A stretch of 64,000 nt of DNA. Origin: Paramoeba atlantica. Taxonomy: Eukaryota; Protista; Discosea. Both the position numbers and the translations under genes were made by a program. The stretch is taken from NCBI GenBank assembly GCA_977017575.1, contig CDRNVI010000054.1, positions 124,001-188,000 on the forward strand, given 5' to 3'. Each line of letters opens with the position of its first letter. The first letter of the stretch is position 1. Positions 1 to 11,026 of the stretch are shown here, in pieces. The notes beneath the pieces are model-generated. The model was not told the DNA's origin. It did not search any database and saw only the letters and a program-made list of their open reading frames with translations.

Positions 1-590
1 ACGTGATTTATTAAGTGTGGATAAGAGTTTCTCGCTAACGCGGTTTTTGTCCCCTACAAAGGCCCCTAGAGTTTTTATGGCTTCAGACTCATTCTGAATC
101 CCCTCCAACTCAAGCGACTTCGGTAAGGCAAGCCTTTGGTGACCGGCAAGCCATACACACTTTTGAGGTGCCATATCAATCATTTTGGAGATCATTAGTT
201 CTTTGAGCCTTTGGTAAGCGCTTTCTAACATTCCAGGGTCCGTAGCAGCGAAGTTGATATCATCTATGAAAGCGTAAATCTTAAGCGTAGGAAACTCTTG
301 AGCGATGGTGGCTAGAATAGGTTGCATGAAAGTACAGAAAAGCATTGACGACAGCGGCGACCCTTGGCGAACACCGGCTGAGCTTTTCAAGATTGCCTTA
401 AGCTCTCCATTTCTTCCATAGTAGAGAAGTTCGGACGGGTTGCAATATTCGGCGGCGAATAGTCTTTGAAATGGACGCAGCGAAGCAAAGGCGAATAACG
501 CTTTGGCTATTTCGTCGCGAGACGGCGAGTTAAACGCGTTGCGAAGATCTACCGATAGTATTGCACAACCATCTTGGTAGTGTTTGAGGA
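1..590 (-). pseudogene. CRE/SLACS-like RT fragment (family 2), frame open to the window edge
   Basis: Manual minus-strand translation: ILSVDLRNAFNSPSR...GVRQGSPLS...IYAFIDDI...KTLGAFVG; homologous to 13639-14892. Confidence 0.85.
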
Positions 591-734
591 AGAGGAGGAT
601 GGGAGTAGCTCGGCTAGCGCATCGTCTTTGGCTAGGAAAGAGCAAGTAACTAGGTGGAAGAAGCAAAGTGAAAGAAGAAGCAAAGTGAGAGAAGACTGGG
701 GGAGGGAGAGTATTCGAACACACTTAGTGACCTT

Positions 735-3700
735 CTAGAAGCGAAGTCCACCTATCCAGTTATCCTTCGGAATGTACTCACGTAGTTGAGATACCACCGT
801 GTATGCGGACATCTTTTCAAGCTCAAGTTGAAATCCCTGTCGTACATTGTCGTAGTTCATTTTTGCGCGCTGCGCTATTGCCTTCAAAAGTGCCTTGGTG
901 TCATTGTGTAGAAGGCCACAGTCTGAGGTGGCCAGACAACGGAAGTATTCACTATCGACACCCTTTTCGGAGACATATTTCTTGATTTTTCGATCGATCG
1001 CTTGTTGTATGAGTGCTGAACTGGTCTGTTTCGCGTAACTGTTGCAACAGGTGTGCACCACCGTGAAGTCATAGAGCACTTCCCCCATGTGTGGCCACAT
1101 GATGGCGAGATCAGGTCCCGAGCGGATACGGCGTGCTTTACATGGATGCTGTTCGGCTACGTCGGCGGCGATGGAGCATTTACATTTGGTGCAGTAATAT
1201 GAGGAGTGAATGCGCGGTTCAGTGATGTTCGGAAGACCTGCTTTGGAACATAACTCTGATAGGTAGCGGACGATGTGGGAATGTTTGCGTGTGCAGTTCA
1301 TACCAGAGCAACGAGAGCAGCCTGCAACATGTGGAATGATGCTGGATGGGGATTCTTGGGTGCAGCATCCAGGGCATGTGACTTTGGCAGGAGCTTGGGG
1401 TAAACTGATTCCTAACCGCATCATGAGTGTGTATCGAAATAAATAAGGATTGATATAATTGCTCGTGCTTTCGAGATGCAAGTTGTTCTCCATAGTGCGT
1501 TTCATTACAAGCTCCAATTGCGAATTCTTCCGTAGCTCGTAAGCCTTCTTTTCGTGTTCTTCTTTCATCTTTTTTTTCAGCAGCTTCTGGGCGACTTCAC
1601 TACGACTTTGTCCGTTGGCGTGTACTTTATCTCCACCTTTTATACCTACTGGAGCGTTATTGGGTTTTGGGTGCTCAACAATAGATTTCCGGGCAGTTTC
1701 AAAGTAGTATTTCTGCTTCAAAGTCGAGGAGATCAATCCTAGGCCGCCTAGTTTCTGAGGAAGTACCGCTAGTTGCAAGGCTTGTGTGTCAGCTCCGCAC
1801 CATTTCTTAAGAACTTGTTGAACGTGGTCTTCGAAGGCTTCGGCTAGCCGCGTGGTTGCTTCCGGACGATGAACTCGCATATGATAATCTTGTCGCGGAA
1901 TTGTGCATCGACGTAGAATTGCGAGGGACAGATTGCTTGGACCCATTAGCAGGAGTCGACGGAAGAGGCATTTGTGTTTTTCCATCTTCCGTAGAAGAAG
2001 ATCTTTTATCACCTCATTTGCTCCTATGTACGCTCCCAATATTTTAAGCGCATCATTCCGGGAGTTAACACCTAAGCGGTTCAGGGACAATAGTTCGTCA
2101 TCAAATGTAGTATTCTTTTGGAACCATTCACATTTCTGAAACTTGACATGCAGGTTAAGATCACTGGTAAGTTCGCGCAAGTGCAAGAACGCTGCCTCAA
2201 GTGACAACACGTTTTTCGAGCTTAGGGTCACGTCATCCTGGTATGCTCTGATCGTTACGTCGGGATATAGGCTGGCTACTTCTCGTATTGGGCTTTGTAG
2301 AAGGGCACAGAAGTACATGGAGGATAGAGCTGAACCTTGGCGGATTCCGGAAGAACTTTCCAAGACGGCGTAGAGGGCATTATGCGCGAAGAAGAGGAGC
2401 TCCGAAGGTAGCCCATACTCAAAGTAGAACGGGCGCAGGAAAGGTTTGAATATGGGATTGCTTACCAGTGTTTGTGCAATGGCATCGCGTCGCGGGGTAT
2501 TATACGCATTGCTGAAATCTACCGTAAGCAACGCATGTCCGTCCTCGTATTCTTGAAGCAATTCGTGGACGATGGATTCGCAGGCATTTTTGTGTAGGAC
2601 TCCTCGTTGAATTGGTGCAAAGAATGTCTTCAAGGTGGTTTCATGTCGCTGCAGTAGAATAGATCCACAGATTTTCAAAATAGTGTCTCCCATGGCAACT
2701 GGACGTATCCCGTTCTGCGGCTTTGGTAGGGCGATGATTCTGCAGCGAGTAAGGCGCTTCCGGACGCTTAGTGGAACTTCTCCGTTGATTACATCTCGAA
2801 CCATGTGGCACAGTGAAAGGCATGATACATCATCGTCTACAAGCAACCGCATCATACTCTCACTTAGCCCGCTTGGTCCGGGGGAAGCTCCACGAGCCAA
2901 TTTTTCAACTGCCAGACGAAGTTCCGAACTTTCAACAACTCCGATGCGTGGGAAGTCAGCTTCCGGTATTTGGATAGGGGGTCCATCAGGATGCAATTCT
3001 CGTAGTTTCTGAAATTTTTCTTCGGCCGAAAGAGTGGAGTCCTTGTAAACGTTATCTAGAATTCGAGTGGCTTTCCCCAGATTCCCTGCTTTGGCTGTTC
3101 GCAACGCGTTTCGGATCGCGCGCCTGTCGATTTCTAGTTCGGCTCGTTGTTCTGCACTTAGATTTATGCCATCTGATAGCTCGTTACGTTCCTTTCGCAC
3201 GTGTCCCACTCTTTGGGTTCTTCTAATTGCATCCCGCACTGTAGCAAGTGAGTCTCGCGGCGCATTCATAAATTTGTGCCAGATCGCTGCTTTCTCAGAA
3301 TCAAGTTCAACAGTGGCATAGCCTCGGATAATCGCCCGGAAGATTGCTACCACATGCACCGCGAAGGATGGCTCGATGTTGGGAAGGTCCGGGAGGGGGT
3401 CGAGATCGCAGCCACTGTCGTCAGACGAGACATTTTCTGATTCCTCCTCCAGGTTCTGGATCGCCGTCTCCACTTGAAGAAGTTTCGTCGCCCGAAGACT
3501 GTAGATTTTAATTTTGTCCGACTGTGGAAGGTATAAGACGCCGCTGGGTCCTTGGTTTCCTAAGGCTGGTTCGTAGGATGCTTTAATTTTAACATTGCCT
3601 TTTCGCGCGGTTCGTCCAACAACAGTCCCTTTCGATTTGTAGCTCTCTGAATTCTGCCGAAACCCCCATTCTATTACGCATTCAGTGCCTTTCCCCCATT

Positions 3701-4187
3701 TCGCCACAGTGTTGTGAACTTGATCTGCTGCTTTTGTGCTGTTGTTTCGCATCGCCATTTCTCCCTGATCAGCGTCGGAATCACTGTCTAGCGTCATTTG
3801 ATCACGCTCACTTTCGATGTCACTCTCTTGCCCGTTTTCAGCTGTTGGAAACGAAAATTGTGTATTGATTTCGCGTGCGTTTCCAGAGTTTTCTTGGTTC
3901 GAGACTATTTTGAATTTTTGCGGAGTAATTTTGATGATGTTCTTTACCGGGGTGATGGTGGGTGTTCCGTGATCGACCCAGTTCTTCGATAAAGGTTCGG
4001 CTCCAATGACTCGGATGCGTGGTGTTTTCTTCGGCTTTTCCGTGGTAGAATTCTTAATTACTGCATCGCTTTTTACGATCTTTTCTTTGCTGTTCGTGTC
4101 TTGCGTCCGTATTTTTACAGTTACACGACCAGATTTCACACTCATACTCTTCGGTGTTTTGGCGGATCCCCGAGCAGGGCGCGTCAT
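735..4187 (-). CDS. Intact 1150-aa non-LTR retrotransposon protein, RT + Zn knuckle + RLE (CRE/SLACS-like family 1)
   Basis: RT motifs VDFSNAYN, GIRQGSALS, AYQDD, LKILGAYIG; CPGC..HVAGC knuckle; GPDL..YDFTVVH RLE core; SL copy 26 nt upstream of the ATG. Confidence 0.93.
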   Translation of the reverse strand: MTRPARGSAKTPKSMSVKSGRVTVKIRTQDTNSKEKIVKSDAVIKNSTTEKPKKTPRIRVIGAEPLSKNWVDHGTPTITPVKNIIKITPQKFKIVSNQENSGNAREINTQFSFPTAENGQESDIESERDQMTLDSDSDADQGEMAMRNNSTKAADQVHNTVAKWGKGTECVIEWGFRQNSESYKSKGTVVGRTARKGNVKIKASYEPALGNQGPSGVLYLPQSDKIKIYSLRATKLLQVETAIQNLEEESENVSSDDSGCDLDPLPDLPNIEPSFAVHVVAIFRAIIRGYATVELDSEKAAIWHKFMNAPRDSLATVRDAIRRTQRVGHVRKERNELSDGINLSAEQRAELEIDRRAIRNALRTAKAGNLGKATRILDNVYKDSTLSAEEKFQKLRELHPDGPPIQIPEADFPRIGVVESSELRLAVEKLARGASPGPSGLSESMMRLLVDDDVSCLSLCHMVRDVINGEVPLSVRKRLTRCRIIALPKPQNGIRPVAMGDTILKICGSILLQRHETTLKTFFAPIQRGVLHKNACESIVHELLQEYEDGHALLTVDFSNAYNTPRRDAIAQTLVSNPIFKPFLRPFYFEYGLPSELLFFAHNALYAVLESSSGIRQGSALSSMYFCALLQSPIREVASLYPDVTIRAYQDDVTLSSKNVLSLEAAFLHLRELTSDLNLHVKFQKCEWFQKNTTFDDELLSLNRLGVNSRNDALKILGAYIGANEVIKDLLLRKMEKHKCLFRRLLLMGPSNLSLAILRRCTIPRQDYHMRVHRPEATTRLAEAFEDHVQQVLKKWCGADTQALQLAVLPQKLGGLGLISSTLKQKYYFETARKSIVEHPKPNNAPVGIKGGDKVHANGQSRSEVAQKLLKKKMKEEHEKKAYELRKNSQLELVMKRTMENNLHLESTSNYINPYLFRYTLMMRLGISLPQAPAKVTCPGCCTQESPSSIIPHVAGCSRCSGMNCTRKHSHIVRYLSELCSKAGLPNITEPRIHSSYYCTKCKCSIAADVAEQHPCKARRIRSGPDLAIMWPHMGEVLYDFTVVHTCCNSYAKQTSSALIQQAIDRKIKKYVSEKGVDSEYFRCLATSDCGLLHNDTKALLKAIAQRAKMNYDNVRQGFQLELEKMSAYTVVSQLREYIPKDNWIGGLRF

Positions 4188-4213
4188 AGTGATTAAATTG
4201 ATATAAAAAAAAT

Positions 4214-4248
4214 CAACAAGGTACAGAAACTGTATCTTTATCGTTAAA
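4214..4248 (-). ncRNA. Spliced-leader exon copy at the 5' end of the 735-4187 element
   Basis: TTTAACGATAAAGATACAGTTTCTGTACCTTGTTG shares TAACG and CAGTTTCTGTAC..TTG with the trypanosomatid SL; followed by A-starting 5' UTR, not by a GT donor. Confidence 0.85.
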
Positions 4249-4249
4249 G

Positions 4250-4509
4250 AAAGGAAAAACCGGAAATACGTGCAAGAGAAAGGGATGGACCCGGAATCTT
4301 TTCAATGCATCTCAATGACTGATTGCGGCCTGTTGCATGAAGAAACGAAAAGTCTCCTCAAGGCTTTGTCGAAAAGGGCTGACTGCGATACTCAAGTAGT
4401 GCGTCAAGCCTTTCAGCTCGAAATTGAAAAATTCTCTGCTTATGCAGTTGTTTCTCAACTACGACAATACATTCCTGCCGTACAGTGGGTAGGAGGGCTT
4501 CGTTGTTGA
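4250..4509 (+). pseudogene. 5'-truncated RLE C-terminus of a family-1 sister element
   Basis: KYVQEKG..DCGLLH..QLRQYIP..WVGGLRC aligns with the C-terminus of 735-4187; head-to-head with the SL copy. Confidence 0.85.
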
Positions 4510-4748
4510 AGCGGGGCTTTGCCTTTCTTCTGTCCGGGTCACCTTTTTCTAATGTTGGATGCCCGCCTTGAGTCTTTCGGATATTGATTGGATTCTGGTC
4601 CTAATATAATTATTTGATAGGTAATATTCCAATGTCCGGAAAATGAGTATGTTAAAAAAAAAATGAGTATGTGCTGTTATAGAAGTCTTGAAAATTGTGA
4701 AGTATTTTCTGACATGTAATGTTATTTAAGTTATGGGCTACGTCTCTA

Positions 4749-4800
4749 CTTCGTTGAATATTCAACGAAGCGCCGTCGGTTCGTTGAACGATTCAACGAA
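4749..4800. repeat. Paired palindromes of TTCGTTGAA
   Basis: CTTCGTTGAAT-ATTCAACGAAG perfect 22-bp palindrome, then TTCGTTGAA-CGA-TTCAACGAA. Confidence 0.9.
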
Positions 4801-4808
4801 TGAGATTC

Positions 4809-4934
4809 CATAATACGATATATAGATAGAATTCACATGCACAAACATAGTTCAAAAGAAAGCCTGCATAAAACAAATAATCATGTGTCACGTTGTTAAC
4901 GGGATTCCCCCCCACCGGAACCCTCGGCCAACCT
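4809..4934. repeat. ~125-bp dispersed repeat, inverted copy at ~17565-17691
   Basis: Near-identical reverse complement (cataatacgatatatagatag...gggattcccccccaccggaaccctcggccaacct). Confidence 0.9.
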
Positions 4935-4935
4935 G

Positions 4936-5001
4936 CCTTAAACAAAACCTTAACAAAACCTTAACAAAACCTTAACAAAACCTTAACCTTTAACAAAACC
5001 T
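4936..5001. repeat. Short tandem repeat (TTAACAAAACC)n, about 5 units
   Basis: Directly visible; truncates the gag fragment. Confidence 0.9.
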
Positions 5002-5242
5002 CAGCTTGAACCTTAGCTTTGTGCCCTTTGCGCAAGAAAACACGTACACGCTCACAGAATTCTTCCAACCGTGATCCTGGCATTACCCTGTCATTTTGAG
5101 GAGGTTGATGCACTTCATCAGGATTTAAAGTACGTTCGCGCGTGCGTCGCGTGGATTGGACGGGATCATCAGGTTCAGGACTTTGCGCACGAGAAAGGGA
5201 TAAGGTTCTACGCACAGCTTCCGCAATCCGGCTCATTGTCAA
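5000..5242 (-). pseudogene. N-terminal gag fragment of a YR retroelement
   Basis: VRRTLSLSRAQSPEPDDP..RTLNPDEV..EFCERVRVFLRKG aligns with VRRTLFMARQDSPNPQDP..HTLNPEQV..EFAAKVKSLVARG at 22852-23517. Confidence 0.7.
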
Positions 5243-5479
5243 AGACTTGTACGTATCGTGTATTGAAGGTGAATGTATTCTACAAATATATTAATAAATA
5301 TATTAATAAATGAATAAAGTTCTAAATTCTGTACTAAATTCTGTATTAGAATTTAGTACACGTGCGTTACATAATAAATTATTGTATTCAAATATTTTTG
5401 GTGAATTTTCACACCCCCCCTTCTCGGGGGGGCAGCACAAATGCACTTATTACTCGTCTAAATTTCATCACGTAAACTA

Positions 5480-5790
5480 ATAATGGGAGCGGCGATCCTG
5501 GCAAAGCGTATTCGTTCTCCAAATGGCAAAGGTATTGAGCAACCGTTTTATCGCTTTAAACCTCGTACAGATGCACCGCAAATGCGGCTAGGTATATCTC
5601 CTCCTCGAGGTAATGTCCGTATTCTCGGAGCCGCCCCACATAACTTTGATACCGTCGCCATATGCGACGCATAATGTCCATTGTTTCTTCCGCGAACTTC
5701 TCGCGAAAGACATTTTCGGCTTTCAAAACTTCTTGGCAGACTGTTTCTTCTGATAATTGCTGTATAACTATATTTTTTGGTATTTTTGTT
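5480..5790 (-). pseudogene. Possible N-terminal (core-binding) domain of a tyrosine recombinase, with in-frame stop
   Basis: RRIWRRYQSY..YLAAFAVHLYEV*SDKTVAQYL resembles DIRS-type YR N-termini; no catalytic domain present. Confidence 0.4.
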
Positions 5791-6239
5791 TGTAATAATG
5801 ACCCCTCTTCTGGGAAAGATCGGCCGGCGCCGAGGAAACTTTGCATTAGGTGCACTGTACGGTCTTCTCCCTCCCCGTACAGTTTGATGGGGCGTCCGGC
5901 CCCGGGGCCGAGTCACTTTGACCCGGCGATGTTGTGGCCGTTTCGGGAGGCCATTCCCCGTCCGCCTCGGGCGCGCCCTATGTTGTTGTTGTTGTTGGGT
6001 CCGGGCCATTTGTCTCCGAAGAGATGTGGCCTCCTCACTTTCCGCGTAGGTAGCGGTGCGGGTGCTCCACGCGGGGAGTAAATCTACAGCGCGAGAGCCT
6101 AGGCTCAACCGCAGCATGTAGACACCCGACTTGCCTCCTCCGGGAGAATGAGGTGTCATGCCCTAGTTGTTTAGTGTCTTGTTATCTTGACACCGGGCGA
6201 CCCATGCAAAGGGCGTGGCGATGGGGGTGTTGGCAAGCG

Positions 6240-6520
6240 CGGCGGGGAGTGTGGCAGGGAGCGCGGCGGGTGGCGCGGCGGGTGGCGCGGCGGGTGGCGC
6301 GGCGGGTGGCGTGGCGGGTGGCGCGGCGGGTGGCGTGGCGGGGAGCACGGGTGGGGAGCTCAGCGGGGAGGGATGCGGGGAGCACGGCGGGTGGCGTGGC
6401 GGGGAGCACGGGTGGGGAGCTCAGCGGGGAGGGATGCGGGGAGCACGGCGGGGAGAGCAGCGGGTGGCGCGGCCGAAGCGCGGCGGGTAGCACGGTGGGT
6501 GGTCAGAGGGAGGGGTGAAG
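6240..6520 (+). repeat. G-rich minisatellite: (GGCGCGGCGGGT)n plus ~48-bp duplication
   Basis: About 7 units of the 12-mer at 6261-6342; agcacgggtggggagctcagcggggagggatgcggggagcacgg at ~6343 and ~6404. Confidence 0.9.
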
Positions 6521-6800
6521 GGGGTCATGGGGGTAATCTTCTCCAAAGATTATGCTGAATGACACCCTCCCTAGTTCCTTAGTACCTTGTTATAAAACTC
6601 TTGGAAATGTAATTGGGCCTTTGTACTAGTGTCAGGAATTAAGGAAAACATGAAGGACTTATTCGTGAACTACGGCATGATATTATTTGCAAAATTAGAC
6701 AGACTTTTCTTATTTGTATTTCGCACGAATAAAAGTGGAGCGGGCGAGCCCCGTCGTAAGTAACCGCAAGTAAAGATCTAGCAAGTACATAAGATAAATA

Positions 6801-6815
6801 TTCTGTACCTTGTTG
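6801..6815 (+). ncRNA. SL 3' remnant TTCTGTACCTTGTTG at the YR-1 transcript 5' end
   Basis: Exact match to the last 15 nt of the SL copies; joined to ACAGACTTTT, which follows TTAG in the other two copies. Confidence 0.8.
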
Positions 6816-6857
6816 ACAGACTTTTCTTATTTGTATTTCACACGAATAAAAGTGGAA

Positions 6858-8108
6858 ATGGTGCAAACACGTTCGAAAGCACATGATTCTCAAGAGGACT
6901 ATGCCACGGATAGCGACACTGAACAAACGTGCGGCACATATTACCCAAAACCGAATTCGACACAAATCACTTCGAGCCACTCACTTCCAGATGTTTTCCT
7001 CACCGAACAGGTCAATACAGTCGTGGAAAAGCTAACGCGTGCACTTGAAAAAGTCACTTCGAAGGTTGATGCGATGGAGGAGCGTGAACGGAAAAGGCGA
7101 AAAGAGACAAACATTACGGATCCATCTGCACCGCGACACGGACAAGCACCTGGGAACACCTTATGTCCTCTTCCAACCTCCTTGAAAAAGAGATGCAGTG
7201 TGCCAGAAGAGCTCAACAAGTAATACGCCGCACAAAGGGTTATGCTCCCAGAGGAAGTAGAGAGTCAAGTCAATGAGGTTATGGCGACCATGCAACAGAA
7301 TGACATAGAAGTCGAAGTAACCTGGTTCCCCGTTGGAGGTAGGAAAGAGACAGCGACAACATGGCGAGGTACGGTAGAGGACAATGGAGACGAGGAAAAT
7401 CCTATCATTGTTTCCTACCCATGGGGTAACTATCCTCTGCCTAATAGCAACGTGTGTTATACGCGCATCGTGATATCAGCAAGTGAGCCAAAGATGCCAG
7501 GCAAATTGCCCGAATCGGACGATGAAACTGCACCATCAGAAGAGACGAACGACAGTTTCAACCTCCGGGACGTTACAACATGGAACACATACATTACCCA
7601 GGGGCCACTAGGGATTGAAATATTGAAACAGCGGTTGCGAACGGCGCTGGATCTCCCTTCTCGAATGTCACCACAGCTACAAGCCCTTTGGGATATCTTG
7701 TGTGCTTGGATAGACGATAGCGCAGAAAGAGGGGGCGTGAACAGCGACGCCGTCAATCACAAAAACGTCGGCCAAAGCACAGTTGACCAGATACGCATTC
7801 TGCAAGGAATATATCGAGGAGCAGATGCTCGATATATACGCTCACAATACGTTACCCAGAAAGACCCACAGGACCGACTTGGTAATGTAATTGAGCAAAG
7901 CGTAACCTACAATCAAGCAACCACGTATACGAGCCGTGGATCCCAGCGGACCCGCTATACGCCTCGCATGCCGATACGAGGGCGAGTATATGCAAATCGG
8001 ACCCCCATAAATCGGACTGGCATACTAGAACATGGCATTACGCGTCAAGCGACCATCGCACCACGCGCTCCGGATTTTCGTGGACGGGGGATCGGTCCAC
8101 AGCACTGA
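6858..8108 (+). pseudogene. YR-1 gag-like ORF, one in-frame stop at 7221-7223
   Basis: Track ORFs 6810-7223 and 7242-8108 share a frame; first ATG at 6858, 42 nt after the SL junction. Confidence 0.7.
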
Positions 8109-8204
8109 CTCTCAAGAGTCCTCCCTCCGAGGAAGAGCAAGTACACACCAATAAAAAGGAAGTTAAAAGATCAAATACAGAATCCAAAATACAAAAATAT
8201 CAAT

Positions 8205-9365
8205 ATGAAGCAGAACACGAAAACGAAAACGAAAATACAAAGTCAAATTACAATAAACAAAGCAAGTACAAAACGGAAAAACATTTATCAGCCAGTATTA
8301 CGGATCAGCACCTCTATCCGACCCGTTTGCAAGACACAAACGGAAAAACTACCGTCTCACACGTGCAAATTTCGAATCAGCAATATCGATACCCACAGAT
8401 CCACTACCCGACGTATCATCACCAAGGCTCATCGTCAGACCAATGGATCCCACATCAAAATATCGAATATCACCCAGCCACCGAGACACAACATACCCCA
8501 GGAACAGACCCCCTATTACGTTATGTCCAATTTCCTCAACGTGACATCTCCTTCGGTAATGGAGGCGTTGAAGCCTATGTGGGCGGAGACAACATGGACT
8601 ACCAGGTGCCATCTGCTATGCCATATGCGGAGTGTGGGAATACCCATTACGGATACGGGGGTCATACGATTTATTATGGGACGCCCGATATCTACACAGA
8701 CCAAGCTCACGTACCTAAAACACCTTATAGCAATTTTAAAGCGACTGGAACTCTCTACGCGGCAATCCCAAATGTACACGAAAGTGTTGATCCGCAAGGG
8801 GGCATCTATCCCACAGCACCAGGCGGCCCCAGTAACCAAGAAGGATTTGCAGAAAACGCTTATGAGCATGCCGGAAGACAGAGCAGTGGTTGCACTCCTT
8901 GCTTTCAAAACAGCTTCCCGGGCTGGGGAAATCGCCAAGCTACGCAGGAAGGATGTTATAGTGCTCCGCCCGTCACGTATTATCATCAACTGGGGTACGA
9001 AATCGAAAACCTCCAAGGCATAACCATTCCGCCCCGACAATCTAGTGGTAATCGAGGGAGAAACCACCAGGCGTATCTACAACTACCTGAAGAGGTTAAG
9101 CCCGCATCAGCGGATCAGCAACTGTACAACACAAGACCTCACTCGGACGCTCAAGAAAGGACTGGGGAGCAATTACAGTTCCCACTCCCTCAAGCATGGA
9201 TCAGTCCAATACCTGATGAGGCAAGTCGCCAAAGGCTCCATAACTATGCCGCAAGTCATGCAGCTGGCCAAACACAAACAATTGTCAACCCTTATGCGCT
9301 ATGCAGGTATGAACGAGACTACGGCACTGGCACTGGGAAGTCAGAAGCTGACCAAACTCCTATGA
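8205..9365 (+). pseudogene. YR-1 tyrosine recombinase, one in-frame stop at 9021-9023
   Basis: FKTASRAGE (Arg), HSLKHGS, LAKHKQLSTLMRY (His, Tyr); overlaps the RT ORF in another frame. Confidence 0.85.
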
Positions 9366-11026
9366 AATCTAAGACGCTCGAATACCAAGGTGGGTGGATC
9401 GGAATCACGGAGAAAATGCAGTACGGTATTCGACGTACGATAACCAGAATGTTTCGCCGAACATGCCGCCCTACGGCGGAGCAGATGCAGACGCTACCTA
9501 TCCACGCGAAACATGTACCGCCGCTGTACCTGGAACGTTTAACTTCTTTGATGAATGCGCCTACGCGAGAACGTTTCACACAAGTGTGGGAACTACTTAT
9601 TAACCCAACGAACGATGCACCAATCACCACTATACCTCTCGTATCTCCCACATGTCTGAGCAAGAAAGACGTATGCATCTTGATCGATGTTGATGTCCTG
9701 GAAAGAGTAAATGACCAAACATTGCACAAATATCCGACCAAAGGAATCGTACACCCTTTTACGAACGTCGAAGAACGCGACACTGGATTACGTAGACGAT
9801 TTATTTGTTGGCCTAAAGAACATAATGCTGCTATTGAGGATGCATATAAAGCTGACGTACCAATAGGACACCCCACGATGTATATGCCCGCCGTACAACA
9901 ACAGTATGCAGTGAAGAGAGACCTCAGTTGTGGTTTTTACCAAGTAGAATTGCCGGTTGAAGCTCGGGCACATTATCGTTTCGCATATAACGGCGGCCTA
10001 TACCAACTGAAGCGCATGCCCATGGGACATGCGTGCGCGCCAGAGATTCAACATATAGCAACCAGTGTCTTAGCTGGAGACGGGAAGTATACCTCATTGG
10101 CACATCGATTCAAGGGACAGTTAGATATCTATCTGGACGGGATCCGCTTCAGTGGCACAGCAGAGCAAAGCCATGTATATGAACAGTGGCTGGAGGAACG
10201 GGCTAAAGATATTGGAATGACCTTCAAACCGAGTGATTCTTACATAGGTACGAACTACAATTTCCTGGGAATAGAATATGACCATAGCCAACAAAAATGC
10301 CGAATAGGAGAGCGTTTTCTCAACAAGATCCCAAAACAAGCACCCGAGTTGGCGCAACTTCACGTATACGAATCCTTAATTGCTCGCCTCATTTATGCAT
10401 CCGCGGTATCAGGGATCTTATTACCAAAGTACTATTGGGTGATAAAATATATTAGAAGACAGCTCTCAAAATTAAATAGAGGGGTGATGCAGGACACAGA
10501 TACAATTGTGCCATCCGCTAACATATACCAGCAAATGAACGAATGGGTATACCAAATACATAAGAATCCATGGCGCGCTTGCGCAGACGTCAGTACCCCA
10601 GTAACAGTAATGTACACCGACGCGTCGAAAGCTGGATGGGGCGCAGTATTATTCCCTTCAATAGGCCCAATGACGGCCACAGGCAGCTTATGGGAAGAAC
10701 CCTATGAAATAAACAAAGCGGAAATTTTGGCGGTCGAGCGGGCCTTACATACGTTTGAGGCGTATTGGCACGAGAACAAACGTCTCCACGTATACGTAGA
10801 TAACACTAGTGTGCAAGCCGCCATGACACGTAATTGGGCGGATTCGGAGGGATTGGCCGAGGTATTATATCGAATACTAACCTATTTACGCGAGATGAAT
10901 ATTATACATTCAACATCATACGTTAATACAAAACAAAACCTCGCAGATCCGTGGAGTCGCGGAAAATTTGATACTTCGCATGGGGTGATACTTGCGAAGG
11001 GGTGGAGCGGGCGAGCCCCGTCGTAA
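8327..11026 (+). CDS. YR-1 reverse transcriptase / RNase H (899 aa)
   Basis: KRDLSCGFYQV, RMPMG, IYLDG, YNFLG; RNase H YTDASKAGWGA, INKAE, VYVDN, NLADPWSR. Confidence 0.92.
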   Translation: MQDTNGKTTVSHVQISNQQYRYPQIHYPTYHHQGSSSDQWIPHQNIEYHPATETQHTPGTDPLLRYVQFPQRDISFGNGGVEAYVGGDNMDYQVPSAMPYAECGNTHYGYGGHTIYYGTPDIYTDQAHVPKTPYSNFKATGTLYAAIPNVHESVDPQGGIYPTAPGGPSNQEGFAENAYEHAGRQSSGCTPCFQNSFPGWGNRQATQEGCYSAPPVTYYHQLGYEIENLQGITIPPRQSSGNRGRNHQAYLQLPEEVKPASADQQLYNTRPHSDAQERTGEQLQFPLPQAWISPIPDEASRQRLHNYAASHAAGQTQTIVNPYALCRYERDYGTGTGKSEADQTPMKSKTLEYQGGWIGITEKMQYGIRRTITRMFRRTCRPTAEQMQTLPIHAKHVPPLYLERLTSLMNAPTRERFTQVWELLINPTNDAPITTIPLVSPTCLSKKDVCILIDVDVLERVNDQTLHKYPTKGIVHPFTNVEERDTGLRRRFICWPKEHNAAIEDAYKADVPIGHPTMYMPAVQQQYAVKRDLSCGFYQVELPVEARAHYRFAYNGGLYQLKRMPMGHACAPEIQHIATSVLAGDGKYTSLAHRFKGQLDIYLDGIRFSGTAEQSHVYEQWLEERAKDIGMTFKPSDSYIGTNYNFLGIEYDHSQQKCRIGERFLNKIPKQAPELAQLHVYESLIARLIYASAVSGILLPKYYWVIKYIRRQLSKLNRGVMQDTDTIVPSANIYQQMNEWVYQIHKNPWRACADVSTPVTVMYTDASKAGWGAVLFPSIGPMTATGSLWEEPYEINKAEILAVERALHTFEAYWHENKRLHVYVDNTSVQAAMTRNWADSEGLAEVLYRILTYLREMNIIHSTSYVNTKQNLADPWSRGKFDTSHGVILAKGWSGRAPS

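Noticed and set aside
4936-5001. Telomeric repeat
   Set aside because: 11-bp unit, not TTAGGG-like, internal and short.
5548-6558. Arg/Gly/Ala-rich ORFs
   Set aside because: Produced by the GC-rich minisatellite being open in several frames.
6582-6591. SL-like GTACCTTGTT at the YR-1 left flank
   Set aside because: Short, lacks terminal G, and overlaps the TTATA crossover; not distinguishable from chance.
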